This document shows positions 37,055 through 46,597 of a DNA stretch of 64,000 nt, in pieces (position 1 is the stretch's first letter; each line of letters opens with the position of its first letter). This DNA is from an uncultured virus (IMG/VR IMGVR_UViG_3300049255_000542) (taxonomy: Duplodnaviria; Heunggongvirae; Uroviricota; Caudoviricetes), in the IMG/VR virus record IMGVR_UViG_3300049255_000542; one strand, 5' to 3'. The notes under the pieces were generated by a model that saw only the letters and a list, made by a program, of their open reading frames with translations, did not search any database and was not told the origin of the DNA. The translations under genes and the position numbers were made by a program.

Positions 37055-37288
37055 ATGCCCTGCCAATATTGTATGAGCGGATCGAGTCTCGGAAATCAAA
37101 AGGCGCAACTCGTTTTATTTGAAGGTTCGTGGGAGCCTTGGCCGCTGGTCTCGCCACGACCGGATGGAGCTCCCCTTATCTTGTCGAGTATCTGTCCGGT
37201 TTGCGATCGTGAGAGATTCAACGCTGAGGCGGTGCCGCAGATCAATGAACGCATCGCCGCATTGGCTACAGCAGAGAGTGACCGATGA
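37055..37288 (+). CDS. Small Cys4 Zn-ribbon protein
   Basis: AGGAG RBS; CQYC...CPVC. Confidence 0.55.
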   Translation: MPCQYCMSGSSLGNQKAQLVLFEGSWEPWPLVSPRPDGAPLILSSICPVCDRERFNAEAVPQINERIAALATAESDR

Positions 37289-37527
37289 CCACCATGAGCG
37301 CCGACGAAGTGAAGATGGCAAGGCTCGAGATCGGAAGCGCGATGGGCAAGTCACTCACGCAGCGCGACCTTGGTCTCATGCTCGGCTTGGCGCCGGCGAG
37401 CGCCGACCGCACGGTGCGGAACTGGGAGACCGATGGTCCTACCGGCCCTGTGGCGGTGGCGCTGCGCTTGATGATGCACTGCGCCCGCAACAAAGACATC
37501 GACGTGCTGCGCTACCTGCCGAATTAA
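37285..37527 (+). CDS. XRE-type HTH protein
   Basis: LTQRDLG.MLGL, TVRNWE, PTGPVAVAL. Confidence 0.7.
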   Translation: MTTMSADEVKMARLEIGSAMGKSLTQRDLGLMLGLAPASADRTVRNWETDGPTGPVAVALRLMMHCARNKDIDVLRYLPN

Positions 37528-38087
37528 GCAAGCGGAATCTTCGCACGCGCCAGCGCAATCGCGATGATCGTGAGCCCGTGGTTCTTTCGCCGGTAAAAGG
37601 TGCGCCGCGGAATTTTCAGTTTGGCGCACGCCTTCCGCACATCGGTGTCGCGCAGCGCCCATAGCGCGCCAAGGCAGACGGCACGTGCAACCTCCGGCTT
37701 GTCGCGGAGATACATCATCGGCCAGGCCAGTGCTTGCTCTGACCGCGTGATCTCTGCGGCAGTCGGCATCATCCGCGTGCGGTTGCGCGAACGCTCCTCG
37801 CGCTCGATCTGCGCGAAACGCGCATATTGATTGAGGTCCAAGAACTCGCGCTGCCCTCGAATGTCAGTCGCATTGTGCTGGTATCGCGGCATTGAGTTGG
37901 CGTGCCCGCGCGGCCTGGTCGCCATCGGCATTTGATTGAGCACCCGCATGGCCTCGATCATCCGGTCTTCAACGATGATCGTGTCCCACTGCCGCACCGG
38001 TGCCGGCCGCCGCCGCGCGGCATCTGGCATCCGGCCGTCACCCGGAATGAGGCGCGACGACGCCGGTTCCTCTTGGTCGCTGGTCAT
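37524..38087 (-). CDS. DUF6362-like putative late transcription regulator (start uncertain)
   Basis: VEDRMIEAMRVL..MP, PTAAEITR.EQALAW, C-terminal HTH; last gene of the replication operon. Confidence 0.65.
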   Translation of the reverse strand: MTSDQEEPASSRLIPGDGRMPDAARRRPAPVRQWDTIIVEDRMIEAMRVLNQMPMATRPRGHANSMPRYQHNATDIRGQREFLDLNQYARFAQIEREERSRNRTRMMPTAAEITRSEQALAWPMMYLRDKPEVARAVCLGALWALRDTDVRKACAKLKIPRRTFYRRKNHGLTIIAIALARAKIPLA

Positions 38088-38109
38088 CCGATCTGCGGTC
38101 CTTTCCATA

Positions 38110-38215
38110 GGGGGGACATGCCGGGGACGGAGGGGGACAAGACGGGACAAACTCAGGCGGCGACACGTCGAAATCACGCATAAACACGGCACTCCTTGGG
38201 TTACTGACGGGGACA
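38110..38215. repeat. GGGGACA-type direct repeats (candidate replication-origin iterons)
   Basis: Five copies at about 38112, 38123, 38133, 38144 and 38209, just downstream of the primase-helicase gene. Confidence 0.55.
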
Positions 38216-38236
38216 AACGGCGGGAAGTTCCAGTGG

Positions 38237-40516
38237 TTAGAATTCCAGTTGCTCCTCGTTTTCTTGGGGCTGGTTTGTCGCCGCTGCAGGCGGGACGATC
38301 TCCTGCTTGGCGAAGCCCCTGACGGGCTTCCCGGTCCACCAAACCCACGGGTTGTCGCGACCGATGATTCCGAATTTGAGGAGCGTGGCACCGGCGCGCT
38401 GCATGGCCTTTTTGATCTGCTCCTTGCGCTTACGATCGTCGTCATCGTCGATCGGCGCCGACTTGGCGTAAGCCTCGCGCCAGTCCGCATAGAGGACCAC
38501 GCTCACACCTGCAGGAATGTTAAAGCCGATCGGCGGCGCCTGACCTTTTTCGGCGATCGTGTTGACCAGCGCGCGGAAGATCAATTCCTCTTGCTTCGAG
38601 AGCTTGAAGCCCTTTGTTGGTCCGTTGCTGCCGCCGACCGGCACCACCACGCACGATGTCTCGGCATTGCCCCACTTGTTCTTGCCGACCTCGACAACCG
38701 GTAGCGTGAATTTCCAGGACAAGCCGCTCTTGCCCTCGCGCTGTTTCAGCACCGTCGCCAGATGAACCTTGAGCCCGCGTTCATCCTGCATTTCGGTTGT
38801 CGCGAACTCGATCGTTGTCTCGAAGTCTGCTGTCAGCGAACCGTGACCGCGCGGTGTCGATCCGCCCTTCGGCTTGTGGTGGACCAGCGCAACGGCTACG
38901 CCCGCCGTCATGCGGATCCGGTCAATGCGCTCCTTGACCGAGCCGATATCCTGCGATGCGTTCTCGTTCATGCCCGGCGTAGTCGCCGACAGCGTATCAA
39001 TGAAGATCATACGCAGTGGCTCGCGGTAGAGATTACGGATTTCCGCGATCTCCTCGATCAGCCCGTCAGCATCGGCGTCATCACGGAAGAAGTTCACCTT
39101 CTTGGTCACGAGGAAGAACGGTAGCCGTTGCGTCGGCTCTAGCTGGTGATGCTTGGTGTAGGCGACCTTGCGCTTCTCGAAGCCCTTGCCAGCTTCGGCC
39201 GCGATGTAGATGACCAGACCTGGCTCTACGTTGGCGCCGTTGAAAGGGAGGTTGCGGGCAATGCACATCGCCATTTCAAAGGCGTCGAAGCTTTTGCCGG
39301 TGCCGCTCTCGCCGAAGATCAGCACCGACTCCGATTCCGGGATGATGTTCTCGACAACCCACGGATAGAATTCCGCGTGGCCTACACCGATCGTCTCCCA
39401 CGCCTTGCCGCCGAATTTTGAGACGAACGCCGGCGGTGACCACTCCGGCAGCTTGGGCAGGATCGACGCGAGGCGGTCGCGCGTGCCGGCCGCTCGCTCG
39501 CGCCAGTCGGTGATGTCGGCGCCCTTCGGGGCATCGGGCCAGATCGCTACCGTATCGAGCAAGCGCACGTGGCGGGCGACGCCGAACAACGAAGCGCCGA
39601 TCACATTCGCGCGCTTGCGGCCCGCCTCATCGTTGTCGATCGGGATAACGACGTCCAGACCGCGGAATCGCTCGGCATGATCGGGCCGCCAGTTGGCAGC
39701 GCCGCCCGAATTCGTGGTCGCGACAAAATCCCACTCACGGAAGGTGTCAGTATCTTTTTCGCCTTCCGCAATGAACACGGGATCGTCGGGCGACATCAAC
39801 TCATTGAGCTCTACCAGCCGGTAGAGCCCGTGTTCGACGCCCTGGGCGAACGTGCGACGCTCGGCGCCGACCCATTCCCTCACGCGGTCTTTCGTCGCCT
39901 GATACCAGTCGCCGTTGCGCGAGTGCAGGAAGTCGCCGCCAGACAGGCCCCAAATCCATTCGCCGTCGTTGTCAGGCGTGGGGCGGCGCTGGATGAATGT
40001 CTTGTGGGTCTTGCCGTCTTTCTCCCACTCGATGCGGCAGACCTGATAGATCAGCGACCCTTGCGCATCTGTATAATCGTATGTCCGCGTGATCCGTCTG
40101 TCGTGAGCTCGAGATACCGGAGCTTCTTCACCGCCGCGCTCGCTATAGCCTTGATCGCTCGCTGACCCTGCGGACTCAGATCGTTCATGCCAATCGACTT
40201 GCCGTTGCGGGTGATGGTCATGACCATTTGGGACTGTGACGCCGGCGAGCTTGGCGACTTCCTCGACCGCTGCCGGGAATTCAAAGCCTTCGACTTCCTG
40301 GAGGAAGGCGAAGATGTCGCCGTGCCGGTTCGCTGAGAAGTCATGCCAGAACCCCTTGTCGTCATTGACCGTGAACGATTCCGTGCTCTCTTTGTTGAAC
40401 GGCGAGAACGCGATGAACTCGGCGCCGCGGCGCTTGAGCTCAAGCTTGCGGCCGACAACCTGCGACACCGGCACTCTGGCCCGCAATTCGTCCAAAAATT
40501 GTTCGGTGAATGCCAT
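38237..40516 (-). CDS. Primase-helicase (DnaG-type Zn-binding domain, TOPRIM, AAA_25/RepA-like helicase)
   Basis: SPF.KE.T.SF.V..DKGFWHDFS, FIAEGEKD, DNDEAG, GESGTGKS, IFIDTLS, VHHKPK..PRGHGSL. Confidence 0.92.
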   Translation of the reverse strand: MAFTEQFLDELRARVPVSQVVGRKLELKRRGAEFIAFSPFNKESTESFTVNDDKGFWHDFSANRHGDIFAFLQEVEGFEFPAAVEEVAKLAGVTVPNGHDHHPQRQVDWHERSESAGSASDQGYSERGGEEAPVSRAHDRRITRTYDYTDAQGSLIYQVCRIEWEKDGKTHKTFIQRRPTPDNDGEWIWGLSGGDFLHSRNGDWYQATKDRVREWVGAERRTFAQGVEHGLYRLVELNELMSPDDPVFIAEGEKDTDTFREWDFVATTNSGGAANWRPDHAERFRGLDVVIPIDNDEAGRKRANVIGASLFGVARHVRLLDTVAIWPDAPKGADITDWRERAAGTRDRLASILPKLPEWSPPAFVSKFGGKAWETIGVGHAEFYPWVVENIIPESESVLIFGESGTGKSFDAFEMAMCIARNLPFNGANVEPGLVIYIAAEAGKGFEKRKVAYTKHHQLEPTQRLPFFLVTKKVNFFRDDADADGLIEEIAEIRNLYREPLRMIFIDTLSATTPGMNENASQDIGSVKERIDRIRMTAGVAVALVHHKPKGGSTPRGHGSLTADFETTIEFATTEMQDERGLKVHLATVLKQREGKSGLSWKFTLPVVEVGKNKWGNAETSCVVVPVGGSNGPTKGFKLSKQEELIFRALVNTIAEKGQAPPIGFNIPAGVSVVLYADWREAYAKSAPIDDDDDRKRKEQIKKAMQRAGATLLKFGIIGRDNPWVWWTGKPVRGFAKQEIVPPAAATNQPQENEEQLEF

Positions 40517-40528
40517 GCGCCCGCAGCC

Positions 40529-40996
40529 TCACACCAGCCGGGCGGTTGACGGCACGCGCTCACGGTCGCGAAGCGGCGGATCTGAATGCACGCCGACCAG
40601 CGGCCGGCTGCGGAGCTCGGTGCAAACCTGTTCCAGTATTTCGTTGCCGGTCAGCAACCGCGCCAGCATCTTCTTGATCTTCGGCGCTGTCATCTGCGCG
40701 CTGCGCATACAGCCGGGAATCACGCCGGTGCGCTCGGCGATCTCGGCGGCAGCGATGATCCTTTCGTCGATAGCCCTCAATCCGTTGTAGAGTGGCGCTT
40801 TGCTGTTCATGTAGTGCTGCAACGCCGCCGCAATGGTCATCGTCGTTTCGCGATTGATCTCCATCACGACGGTCAGACGCCCTTCGACCTTCGCCGCTAT
40901 TGCGGCATCGTAAAGTTTTCGGATCAGCGCCTGCGTATTCTGCCAATGGGATCGGGCCGGCTCTTGCGGATTGCTGGCCAAGGCTTCGTCGTGCAA
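40529..40996 (-). CDS. Hypothetical protein
   Basis: GGAGA RBS before TTG; in operon. Confidence 0.55.
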   Translation of the reverse strand: MHDEALASNPQEPARSHWQNTQALIRKLYDAAIAAKVEGRLTVVMEINRETTMTIAAALQHYMNSKAPLYNGLRAIDERIIAAAEIAERTGVIPGCMRSAQMTAPKIKKMLARLLTGNEILEQVCTELRSRPLVGVHSDPPLRDRERVPSTARLV

Positions 40997-41050
40997 AGCG
41001 TTTCTCCGCGTGATGGATGCTTAGGGTTTAACCTTCTTCAATCACTTGGA

Positions 41051-41185
41051 TCACGGCTCCAAACAAATGATTGCGCTGTCTGGTGCGTCGTCGATCTCGC
41101 TTTCCTGTTCCACCGTAAGCCACTGGCGATAGGCTTCCATCGCCTCGTGGCGTTCGTGCGGCTCAATGAAAACCCTGATATTCAT
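41051..41185 (-). CDS. 44-aa microprotein (paralogue A)
   Basis: AGGAG RBS; MNIRVFIEPHERHEAMEAYRQWLTVEQESEIDDAPDSAIICLEP; absent from the ORF track. Confidence 0.65.
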   Translation of the reverse strand: MNIRVFIEPHERHEAMEAYRQWLTVEQESEIDDAPDSAIICLEP

Positions 41186-41229
41186 CACGAACTCCTGTAG
41201 TGCGGCCAATGCTTCTTCAGCAGCCTGGC

Positions 41230-41409
41230 TTAACCCTCCTCGATAACGAGGAGTTGCGTTCCAGCAGCCCCCACGCCGAACCTGAGCTCGATGATCGCAC
41301 TATCAGGTGCGTCATAAATCACCGCGATTTGTTCTGGTGTGAGACGGTCGCAATAGGCTTCGATGGCATCGAAGCGTTCGTGCTGTTCAATAAATACAAC
41401 TGCCATCAT
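41230..41409 (-). CDS. 59-aa microprotein (paralogue B)
   Basis: MMAVVFIEQHERFDAIEAYCDRLTPEQIAVIYDAPDSAIIELRFG...; ATGA overlap with the upstream gene. Confidence 0.65.
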   Translation of the reverse strand: MMAVVFIEQHERFDAIEAYCDRLTPEQIAVIYDAPDSAIIELRFGVGAAGTQLLVIEEG

Positions 41410-41639
41410 GGCTTAGCACCCCTTACTTTAATAATGGCAGTCTCGCTCTTACGTGACATCGACGCACGCAAATGTTCGCGCAAGGCCACCTCCAGCCCAT
41501 CAATCGCCTCTTGCGTTTCGTCCGACCACTTCGAGGTCGAGGTTTTGTTGTAAGCAGAAATGACCGCAGCAGCAGCCTCCCACAGAGGAATTGGTTGACA
41601 CCTCCTGTTCATCGCGTCTTGCAGCGGGTCGCGTTCCAT
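41406..41639 (-). CDS. Hypothetical protein
   Basis: AGGAG RBS upstream; coupled to paralogue B. Confidence 0.5.
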   Translation of the reverse strand: MERDPLQDAMNRRCQPIPLWEAAAAVISAYNKTSTSKWSDETQEAIDGLEVALREHLRASMSRKSETAIIKVRGAKP

Positions 41640-41764
41640 AACGGGGAAATCTCCTGTCGGTGTGATGGATGCTCAGCGTGTGGGTTTCGGCGGCAACGGC
41701 AAGCGCGGCATGGAAACCTCTATCTGTCCTGATATGCTGACGGTCCCGCCAGGGGAGGCGGATC

Positions 41765-41995
41765 ATGGGGCTTTGGGATTGGTTGCGACCGCCGCGCGGT
41801 CGAGGCGTCGTCACCGGCGACGGCGCCTTCGCAATGCACGTCGTCGGCACCTCGTTTCACCAGCAGATGCTTGAGGACGTCTGCGGGAAGCGCACTCGCG
41901 CGGTTGGCTTTCTCTGCACCGCTCACTGTCGGCAGAACTTCAAATGGCATTGCAAGCTCCTCTACGGATTAACGGGCACGCTGAAATCCAAGTAG
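41765..41995 (+). pseudogene. Possible remnant of a HIRAN-like protein
   Basis: GGAGG RBS; GDG.F...VVGTSFHQ..L..VCG then an abrupt VGFL; short and opposite to the operon. Confidence 0.35.
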
Positions 41996-42405
41996 CCGCG
42001 GCGCGGTGCCTCTGGCGCTGCGGTACGTCTCGAAATTACTGCTACTTCCTCCTCGACCATCACTCGCGCATCTTTCGCGCCAACCTTCTTGACCAGCACG
42101 CGGTACAGGTCCAAGAATTCGGGCGGACACCATGAGAGTCGGGCTTGAGTGATACGCGCACGGACTTCGGGATCGGCCATCGCCGCTGCATGACGCGCAC
42201 GGACTTCGGGATCGGCCATCGCCGCCTTCATCGCCGCTGCATGACGCGCACGGACTTCGGGATCGGCCATCGCCGCTGCATGACGCGCACGGACTTCGGG
42301 ATCGGCCCTTAAGGAGGAGAGATTGCAGGCACGGCAGAGAGCACCACCCTTCGACTGACAGTCGTCAGGCCGAGAACATCTTGGATCGCTGTTGGTTTTC
42401 GCCAT
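41962..42405 (-). CDS. Cys-rich N-terminus plus ADPEVRARHAAAM repeat protein
   Basis: AGGAG RBS; in-frame 39-bp tandem repeats. Confidence 0.65.
   Translation of the reverse strand: MAKTNSDPRCSRPDDCQSKGGALCRACNLSSLRADPEVRARHAAAMADPEVRARHAAAMKAAMADPEVRARHAAAMADPEVRARITQARLSWCPPEFLDLYRVLVKKVGAKDARVMVEEEVAVISRRTAAPEAPRRGYLDFSVPVNP
42154..42307. repeat. 39-bp coding tandem repeat (about 3.6 units, one with a 12-bp insert)
   Basis: ACGCGCACGGACTTCGGGATCGGCCATCGCCGCTGCATG repeated. Confidence 0.9.
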
Positions 42406-42779
42406 CAGTCTACACTCCTGAATTTGGCCCGCCATTCGGCGTCCAGAGCCAGGAGACGATGGAGCTCGGCCGCGTGCGGGATCAGTGCCTTAAAAGTCAG
42501 GTGCGCGGCGCCGAGCAAATCGGTGCGCCAGTTGGCGTCGTGAACGATGCGCTTCGCGATCTCGCGATCGAGACCAATACGCATGGCAAGCTGTTCGACG
42601 CCTCGCGCCTTTTCATAGCGCACCATCGTTTCGAGCAACAAGGCATAGGATATTTGCGGTAGCTCGATCTTCGTCAGGTGGAGCTCCACCGCCATTTCAG
42701 CGAAGGTCAGCGGCGCTCCGGCAAAGGCGCCGGGAACGTCACAAGGATGCGGACGCGGCACATCAGTTTGCTGCGACAC
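42405..42779 (-). CDS. Hypothetical protein
   Basis: GTG with GAGGGAG RBS; stop overlaps the next ATG. Confidence 0.6.
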   Translation of the reverse strand: MSQQTDVPRPHPCDVPGAFAGAPLTFAEMAVELHLTKIELPQISYALLLETMVRYEKARGVEQLAMRIGLDREIAKRIVHDANWRTDLLGAAHLTFKALIPHAAELHRLLALDAEWRAKFRSVD

Positions 42780-43368
42780 GGCTGTTCTCCCTCGTATTCG
42801 CGCGCTTCCGCGACGATTGGTGCTGGTCGAAAAAGTGCAATTCGTTGGTTGAAACGGCGCTCCGCCCGTAGCTCGCACATGCCCAATCGTGGAGCGCGAG
42901 CGCATCGGCCCGGTTATCGTCCATGCAGTCAGCCGGCATGAGCCGGAGCAAATGACAACGCGATATCACAGCGAGCTTCGTGGACTCGCGATCACCGAGC
43001 CGTCCCTTGCCGATGAAGTGTTTGCGCACCGTGTCTTCGTGGATTTCGACCAGCGCCAGACCGAAGCGGTCGCACATGCCCTCGACGATCGCGTGCAGCC
43101 CGTATTGCAGCCGCGGCGCCGACTCGTTGTGGTGCATCCGCACGTGCGCCTGAATTGTCGGAGGCGGTACCACCACGACCATCGCCGGCGGTGCGCCCGA
43201 CCATTGTTCGTCGAGGAAGGCGATGAGGTTGCCGTGCGCGGTCCGCCGCGGATCGTCTTTGCCTTTGAGGATCACCGCGCCCGATCGTGGCACCTGACCG
43301 GGCGCGCCGACTGCGAAGCCGGCACGTTGGCCCAGGTCGATCGAATAGATCGGGCCGGTGACCTTCAT
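42763..43368 (-). CDS. RuvC-like Holliday junction resolvase-fold protein
   Basis: IDLG..AGFA, TVRKHFIGKG, DDNRADALAL. Confidence 0.75.
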   Translation of the reverse strand: MKVTGPIYSIDLGQRAGFAVGAPGQVPRSGAVILKGKDDPRRTAHGNLIAFLDEQWSGAPPAMVVVVPPPTIQAHVRMHHNESAPRLQYGLHAIVEGMCDRFGLALVEIHEDTVRKHFIGKGRLGDRESTKLAVISRCHLLRLMPADCMDDNRADALALHDWACASYGRSAVSTNELHFFDQHQSSRKRANTRENSRVAAN

Positions 43369-43568
43369 GCTGCCGCGCCTTCCTTGGGCGATGCATCGTC
43401 GATTGACATGGTGGCGTCACAGCACTTCGGCCAACCGTGCCGCAGGCAGTGCACGGCATCGACCTCTTGCGTGCGGCCGCAAGTCCCGCACTTGACGCGG
43501 TTGCCAAGATGCTCCGCCATGTCGCGGTACATCGCGTCAATGTCCGGGATGAAGCCCGCGGTGGTCAC
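43365..43568 (-). CDS. Small Cys-rich protein
   Basis: CGTCG...CLRHGWPKCC; overlaps both neighbours in operon fashion. Confidence 0.65.
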   Translation of the reverse strand: MTTAGFIPDIDAMYRDMAEHLGNRVKCGTCGRTQEVDAVHCLRHGWPKCCDATMSIDDASPKEGAAA

Positions 43569-44284
43569 GACACGACCTGATGCGTCGGCTCGGCGGTGCC
43601 GATCCCGCGCTTGCGGTCGAAGTCTTTTGCCGCTTCCGCAATTCCGCGCTCGGCTTCCTCGTTCTGCTTACGAAGATTGCGCTGCCACTCGCTGCGCGGA
43701 ACGCGCTGGCCCTCGCCATCGTCGGCGTCTTCGCCGTTAGCGGTCGCGGCGTCGCCGGCGCCGACAGCATCGGCCAGGTTTTTGTTGCGGGCGTCATTCC
43801 CGACGTGCCAGCCCTTGAGGTAATCCTGCTCATCGTCCCCACTGGCGTTGGCCGGCGCCTTGCACGGTTCGCCCGCCATGCCGGCGCGCTTGCCTTCCTC
43901 GTAGGAACGACTCCCGCCAGCCTCGGCATCGTTGAACATCGTGAACTGCGTGCCAACATCGACACCGGCCCACCGTGCCGCAGCCATCGTGTTCTTGAGC
44001 CTCGATACCACCGCCTTTTCGCCTTCCGGCGAGTCGCACTCGATCATGATCTCGATCATCTTCACCGCGTCTTTGCCGAGCTCCGACTTGGCGAGATCGC
44101 AGACTTTCTTGTGCGCGGTCCCGGCATCGGCCTTCGCCTTCTTCGAGACCTTGAACGCGTCGCGATGTTTGATCGCGAGCGCCTGCAGTTGATCGTCATT
44201 GAGCGAGGTAGGCGCCGGCGCCGGTGCTTCCGATGTTTTGGCCGCTCCGCGCTTCTTCGTCTTCGCCTTGTTGCGTTTTGCCAT
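43565..44284 (-). CDS. Protein with weak GapR/DUF2312-like N-domain and RMF-like motif
   Basis: K.V..LAK.ELG helix pattern; YEEGKRAGMAG.PC.AP......YLKGW..G. Confidence 0.55.
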   Translation of the reverse strand: MAKRNKAKTKKRGAAKTSEAPAPAPTSLNDDQLQALAIKHRDAFKVSKKAKADAGTAHKKVCDLAKSELGKDAVKMIEIMIECDSPEGEKAVVSRLKNTMAAARWAGVDVGTQFTMFNDAEAGGSRSYEEGKRAGMAGEPCKAPANASGDDEQDYLKGWHVGNDARNKNLADAVGAGDAATANGEDADDGEGQRVPRSEWQRNLRKQNEEAERGIAEAAKDFDRKRGIGTAEPTHQVVS

Positions 44285-44295
44285 TGCTGGTCTCC

Positions 44296-44862
44296 TCAGT
44301 TGTAAGCTTGGCGGCAGTGGTGCCCGCAGTACGGTTGACCGTGTGCCGGCACGGCACCGCAGAAAAAGAAATCAGACCTTTGTGGATCGCCGATCGGCCA
44401 GCGGCATGTATCGGCGGTGAGCTCAAGCAACGTGCAGGGTCGTGACCGGCAGGAGTCCGCTGCCTCGATCGCTTCGTCGAAGTTCACGACGGACGGCGCA
44501 TCGTCGCACTCGCGCTCAACGGCGTGACCGTTGTGGGCCACCTGGTCGCCGCCGCGGAACGGGAACGCCGGTAGCTCGATCGGGTGACCGTTCGGCGCCG
44601 CGGGCTTCGGCCGGCGAAAGAACACGGTGGTGTCGCCGTTGCGCCGTGCGCGCGAGGTCGAAGCACCGTTCATAGGTGGCGTTGAACCGCGCCGGAACGG
44701 TAGCTTGAGGCGCAAGGCTTTGCCGATCACCGCGTTGCGCGTGATGACCGCGGTCTTGTCTGGAAATTCTTCGTTGAGAGTCCGCGCAATGTCTGCGGCG
44801 GAAATTCTGTTATCAGGCCACAGGTCTTTCAGGCGCTCGATGCGCTCGGCGGTCCACGACAT
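44296..44862 (-). CDS. gcrA: GcrA-family cell-cycle regulator
   Basis: MSWTAERIERLKDLW, SAADIA, TRNAVIGKALRL, LLELTADTCRWPIGDP, FFFCG, PYCGHHC..AY. Confidence 0.92.
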   Translation of the reverse strand: MSWTAERIERLKDLWPDNRISAADIARTLNEEFPDKTAVITRNAVIGKALRLKLPFRRGSTPPMNGASTSRARRNGDTTVFFRRPKPAAPNGHPIELPAFPFRGGDQVAHNGHAVERECDDAPSVVNFDEAIEAADSCRSRPCTLLELTADTCRWPIGDPQRSDFFFCGAVPAHGQPYCGHHCRQAYN

Positions 44863-44889
44863 GGCAACCCCTCGAACGCACCGCCGTGC

Positions 44890-45252
44890 TTACGCCGACG
44901 ATCGCGTTCCCTCAATCAGTGAACGTGCTGCCGCCAAATGCGTCTCAATCTCGCGCACTTGATCCGAAGCAAGGTGGCTACCGCTCTGCCGAACCATTTG
45001 CAGTTCATGCTCAAGCCTCGCGATCTCTGCTTCGAGCTCTTGTACGAGCAACGCCTGGAGGCGATCCCTTAACCACGCATCAACACGCTTTACGCGACCA
45101 CGAATGATGTTCTCGAAGGTGCCGCTCCCAACTCGAAGCCGGCGCGCCGTCCGTCGCCGCGCGACTTCGACGGTTGAGCCTTTTGCCCGCTCGATCCGCT
45201 CAAGAGAGCGTGCGTGATCACGCGCGCTGTCCATTGCGGCGGTCGGACTCAT
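44890..45252 (-). CDS. CII-position transcriptional regulator
   Basis: GGAGG RBS; ARRLRVGSGTFENIIRGRVK HTH-like; second gene after cro. Confidence 0.65.
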   Translation of the reverse strand: MSPTAAMDSARDHARSLERIERAKGSTVEVARRRTARRLRVGSGTFENIIRGRVKRVDAWLRDRLQALLVQELEAEIARLEHELQMVRQSGSHLASDQVREIETHLAAARSLIEGTRSSA

Positions 45253-45424
45253 CCCGGCGCCCTCCGCTGGCTGATTTCTCCCGAAACTCTGGATGTCCAC
45301 GACACCGCTCCTTTGCCATGATGCCCGTGTTGAGAACGACGGCATCGCGGCGATGCAGCCTGCCAGGGCACGCATCGACGGCGGCGAGAGGAGATTGCGT
45401 GATGGAATGGGGATACGATCGCGC

Positions 45425-45673
45425 TCATGCTGCGCTTGCTCCCCTTGCTTTGACGCGACGTTGCGGCCAGTGCTTGTCGAACCAGTCCATGAACCGGCCG
45501 TAGAGATCGACGGTGAAATTGCCGCCAGCCTCGATCCGGCTGAGTGCGGCGCCATCATTGACCGCGAGCTTCCCGATTTCTGATTTCGACTTGCCGGTCA
45601 GGCGGCCGAATTCATCCGCGCGCCCTACAAGGGCATCCCTGATTTCTTGCTTGGTGAGGAAACGTCGCGCCAT
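45425..45673 (-). CDS. cro: Cro-like HTH protein
   Basis: Divergent from CI; S.SEIGKLAVNDG..L.RI..G motif. Confidence 0.75.
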   Translation of the reverse strand: MARRFLTKQEIRDALVGRADEFGRLTGKSKSEIGKLAVNDGAALSRIEAGGNFTVDLYGRFMDWFDKHWPQRRVKARGASAA

Positions 45674-45684
45674 TTGAGGGACGG

Positions 45685-45713
45685 ACGATATTGGATATGT
45701 CCAAACTTGTCAA
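45685..45713 (-). promoter_or_regulatory. Lytic promoter for cro with operator TTGGATATGTCCAA (45691-45704) in the spacer
   Basis: Minus strand TTGACA-N17-TATCGT. Confidence 0.8.
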
Positions 45714-45771
45714 TTGGATGGTTAAGCCCCACGACCAGACTCAGTTTTTGCCCGCACTGGACTGGTCCAAG

Positions 45772-46509
45772 ATGGCGCGCGATCTCCTTGAACCGCTCGA
45801 TACTCGAATCATCGTCACCCGCATCCGCGACCAGATGAAGTCGCGTGGCACGAACGCGTCTGCGGTCTCGCGCGAAGCGCACCTTGGTGGCACCGCCGTC
45901 CACGATATCGTGAGCGGCAAAAACAAAAATCCGTCGATCCCGATGATGCTCGCGATCGCGCGCGCGCTTCACTGCGATGTCGGTTATTTGATCGGCGAAC
46001 AGCCGATGCCGACAATGGGTTTCAACGAAGACACGTCACCCATCCCGATCGCCGGTTTTGCTGAGACCGGCGCGTTCAGGCAGATGCTCGATTTCGATCA
46101 GCTTGAGCACAACGCGCCGACAGTGCACGCACCGCGCAGCACCGCGTATCCACTCGCGCGTCACTTCGCGCTGGAAGTCCGCGGCGACTCGATGAACGCG
46201 GCAAAGCCAACGCCAATAGTCGAGGGAATGTTCGCGCTTTGCGTCGATATCATCGACGCCGAGCTCATGGTCGAGAGCGGGCGCATCTATGCCGTTCGCC
46301 GGACACTCGACGGCGGATCGACGTGGGAGTGCACGATCAAGCGCGCGAAGGTCTACCGAAACCGGATCGAACTCGTACCCGAATCATCGAACGTGCTGCA
46401 CCAAAAAATCGTCATCATGCGCGACACAGACCCGTCGTCGCACACGAATGAAGTTGCCGCCATCGGTCTGGTCTATGGCCTCTACAGTTCGTTTGAGGAG
46501 CCCAGGTGA
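45772..46509 (+). CDS. cI: CI-like repressor (XRE HTH + S24 peptidase)
   Basis: HTH ..NPSIPMMLAIARALHCDV; FALEVRGDSM and TIKR S24 motifs; probable leaderless ATG at 45772. Confidence 0.9.
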   Translation: MARDLLEPLDTRIIVTRIRDQMKSRGTNASAVSREAHLGGTAVHDIVSGKNKNPSIPMMLAIARALHCDVGYLIGEQPMPTMGFNEDTSPIPIAGFAETGAFRQMLDFDQLEHNAPTVHAPRSTAYPLARHFALEVRGDSMNAAKPTPIVEGMFALCVDIIDAELMVESGRIYAVRRTLDGGSTWECTIKRAKVYRNRIELVPESSNVLHQKIVIMRDTDPSSHTNEVAAIGLVYGLYSSFEEPR

Positions 46510-46512
46510 AGC

Positions 46513-46539
46513 CGGGGACACGCGGGGACATCGGGGACA
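46513..46539. repeat. Three CGGGGACA direct repeats
   Basis: Copies at 46513, 46523 and 46532; same core as 38110-38215. Confidence 0.7.
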
Positions 46540-46597
46540 TGGCGCGGTTTTTGCAATTTTACTCAGACCTATAACTGACTCAGAACTAGCTCAGATT

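Noticed and set aside
42154..42307. CRISPR-like repeat array
   Set aside because: Repeats are contiguous, a multiple of 3, inside an ORF, with no unique spacers and no cas genes
45691..45771. Extended cI N-terminus from TTG 45691
   Set aside because: This segment holds the cro promoter and operators; ATG 45772 is more plausible
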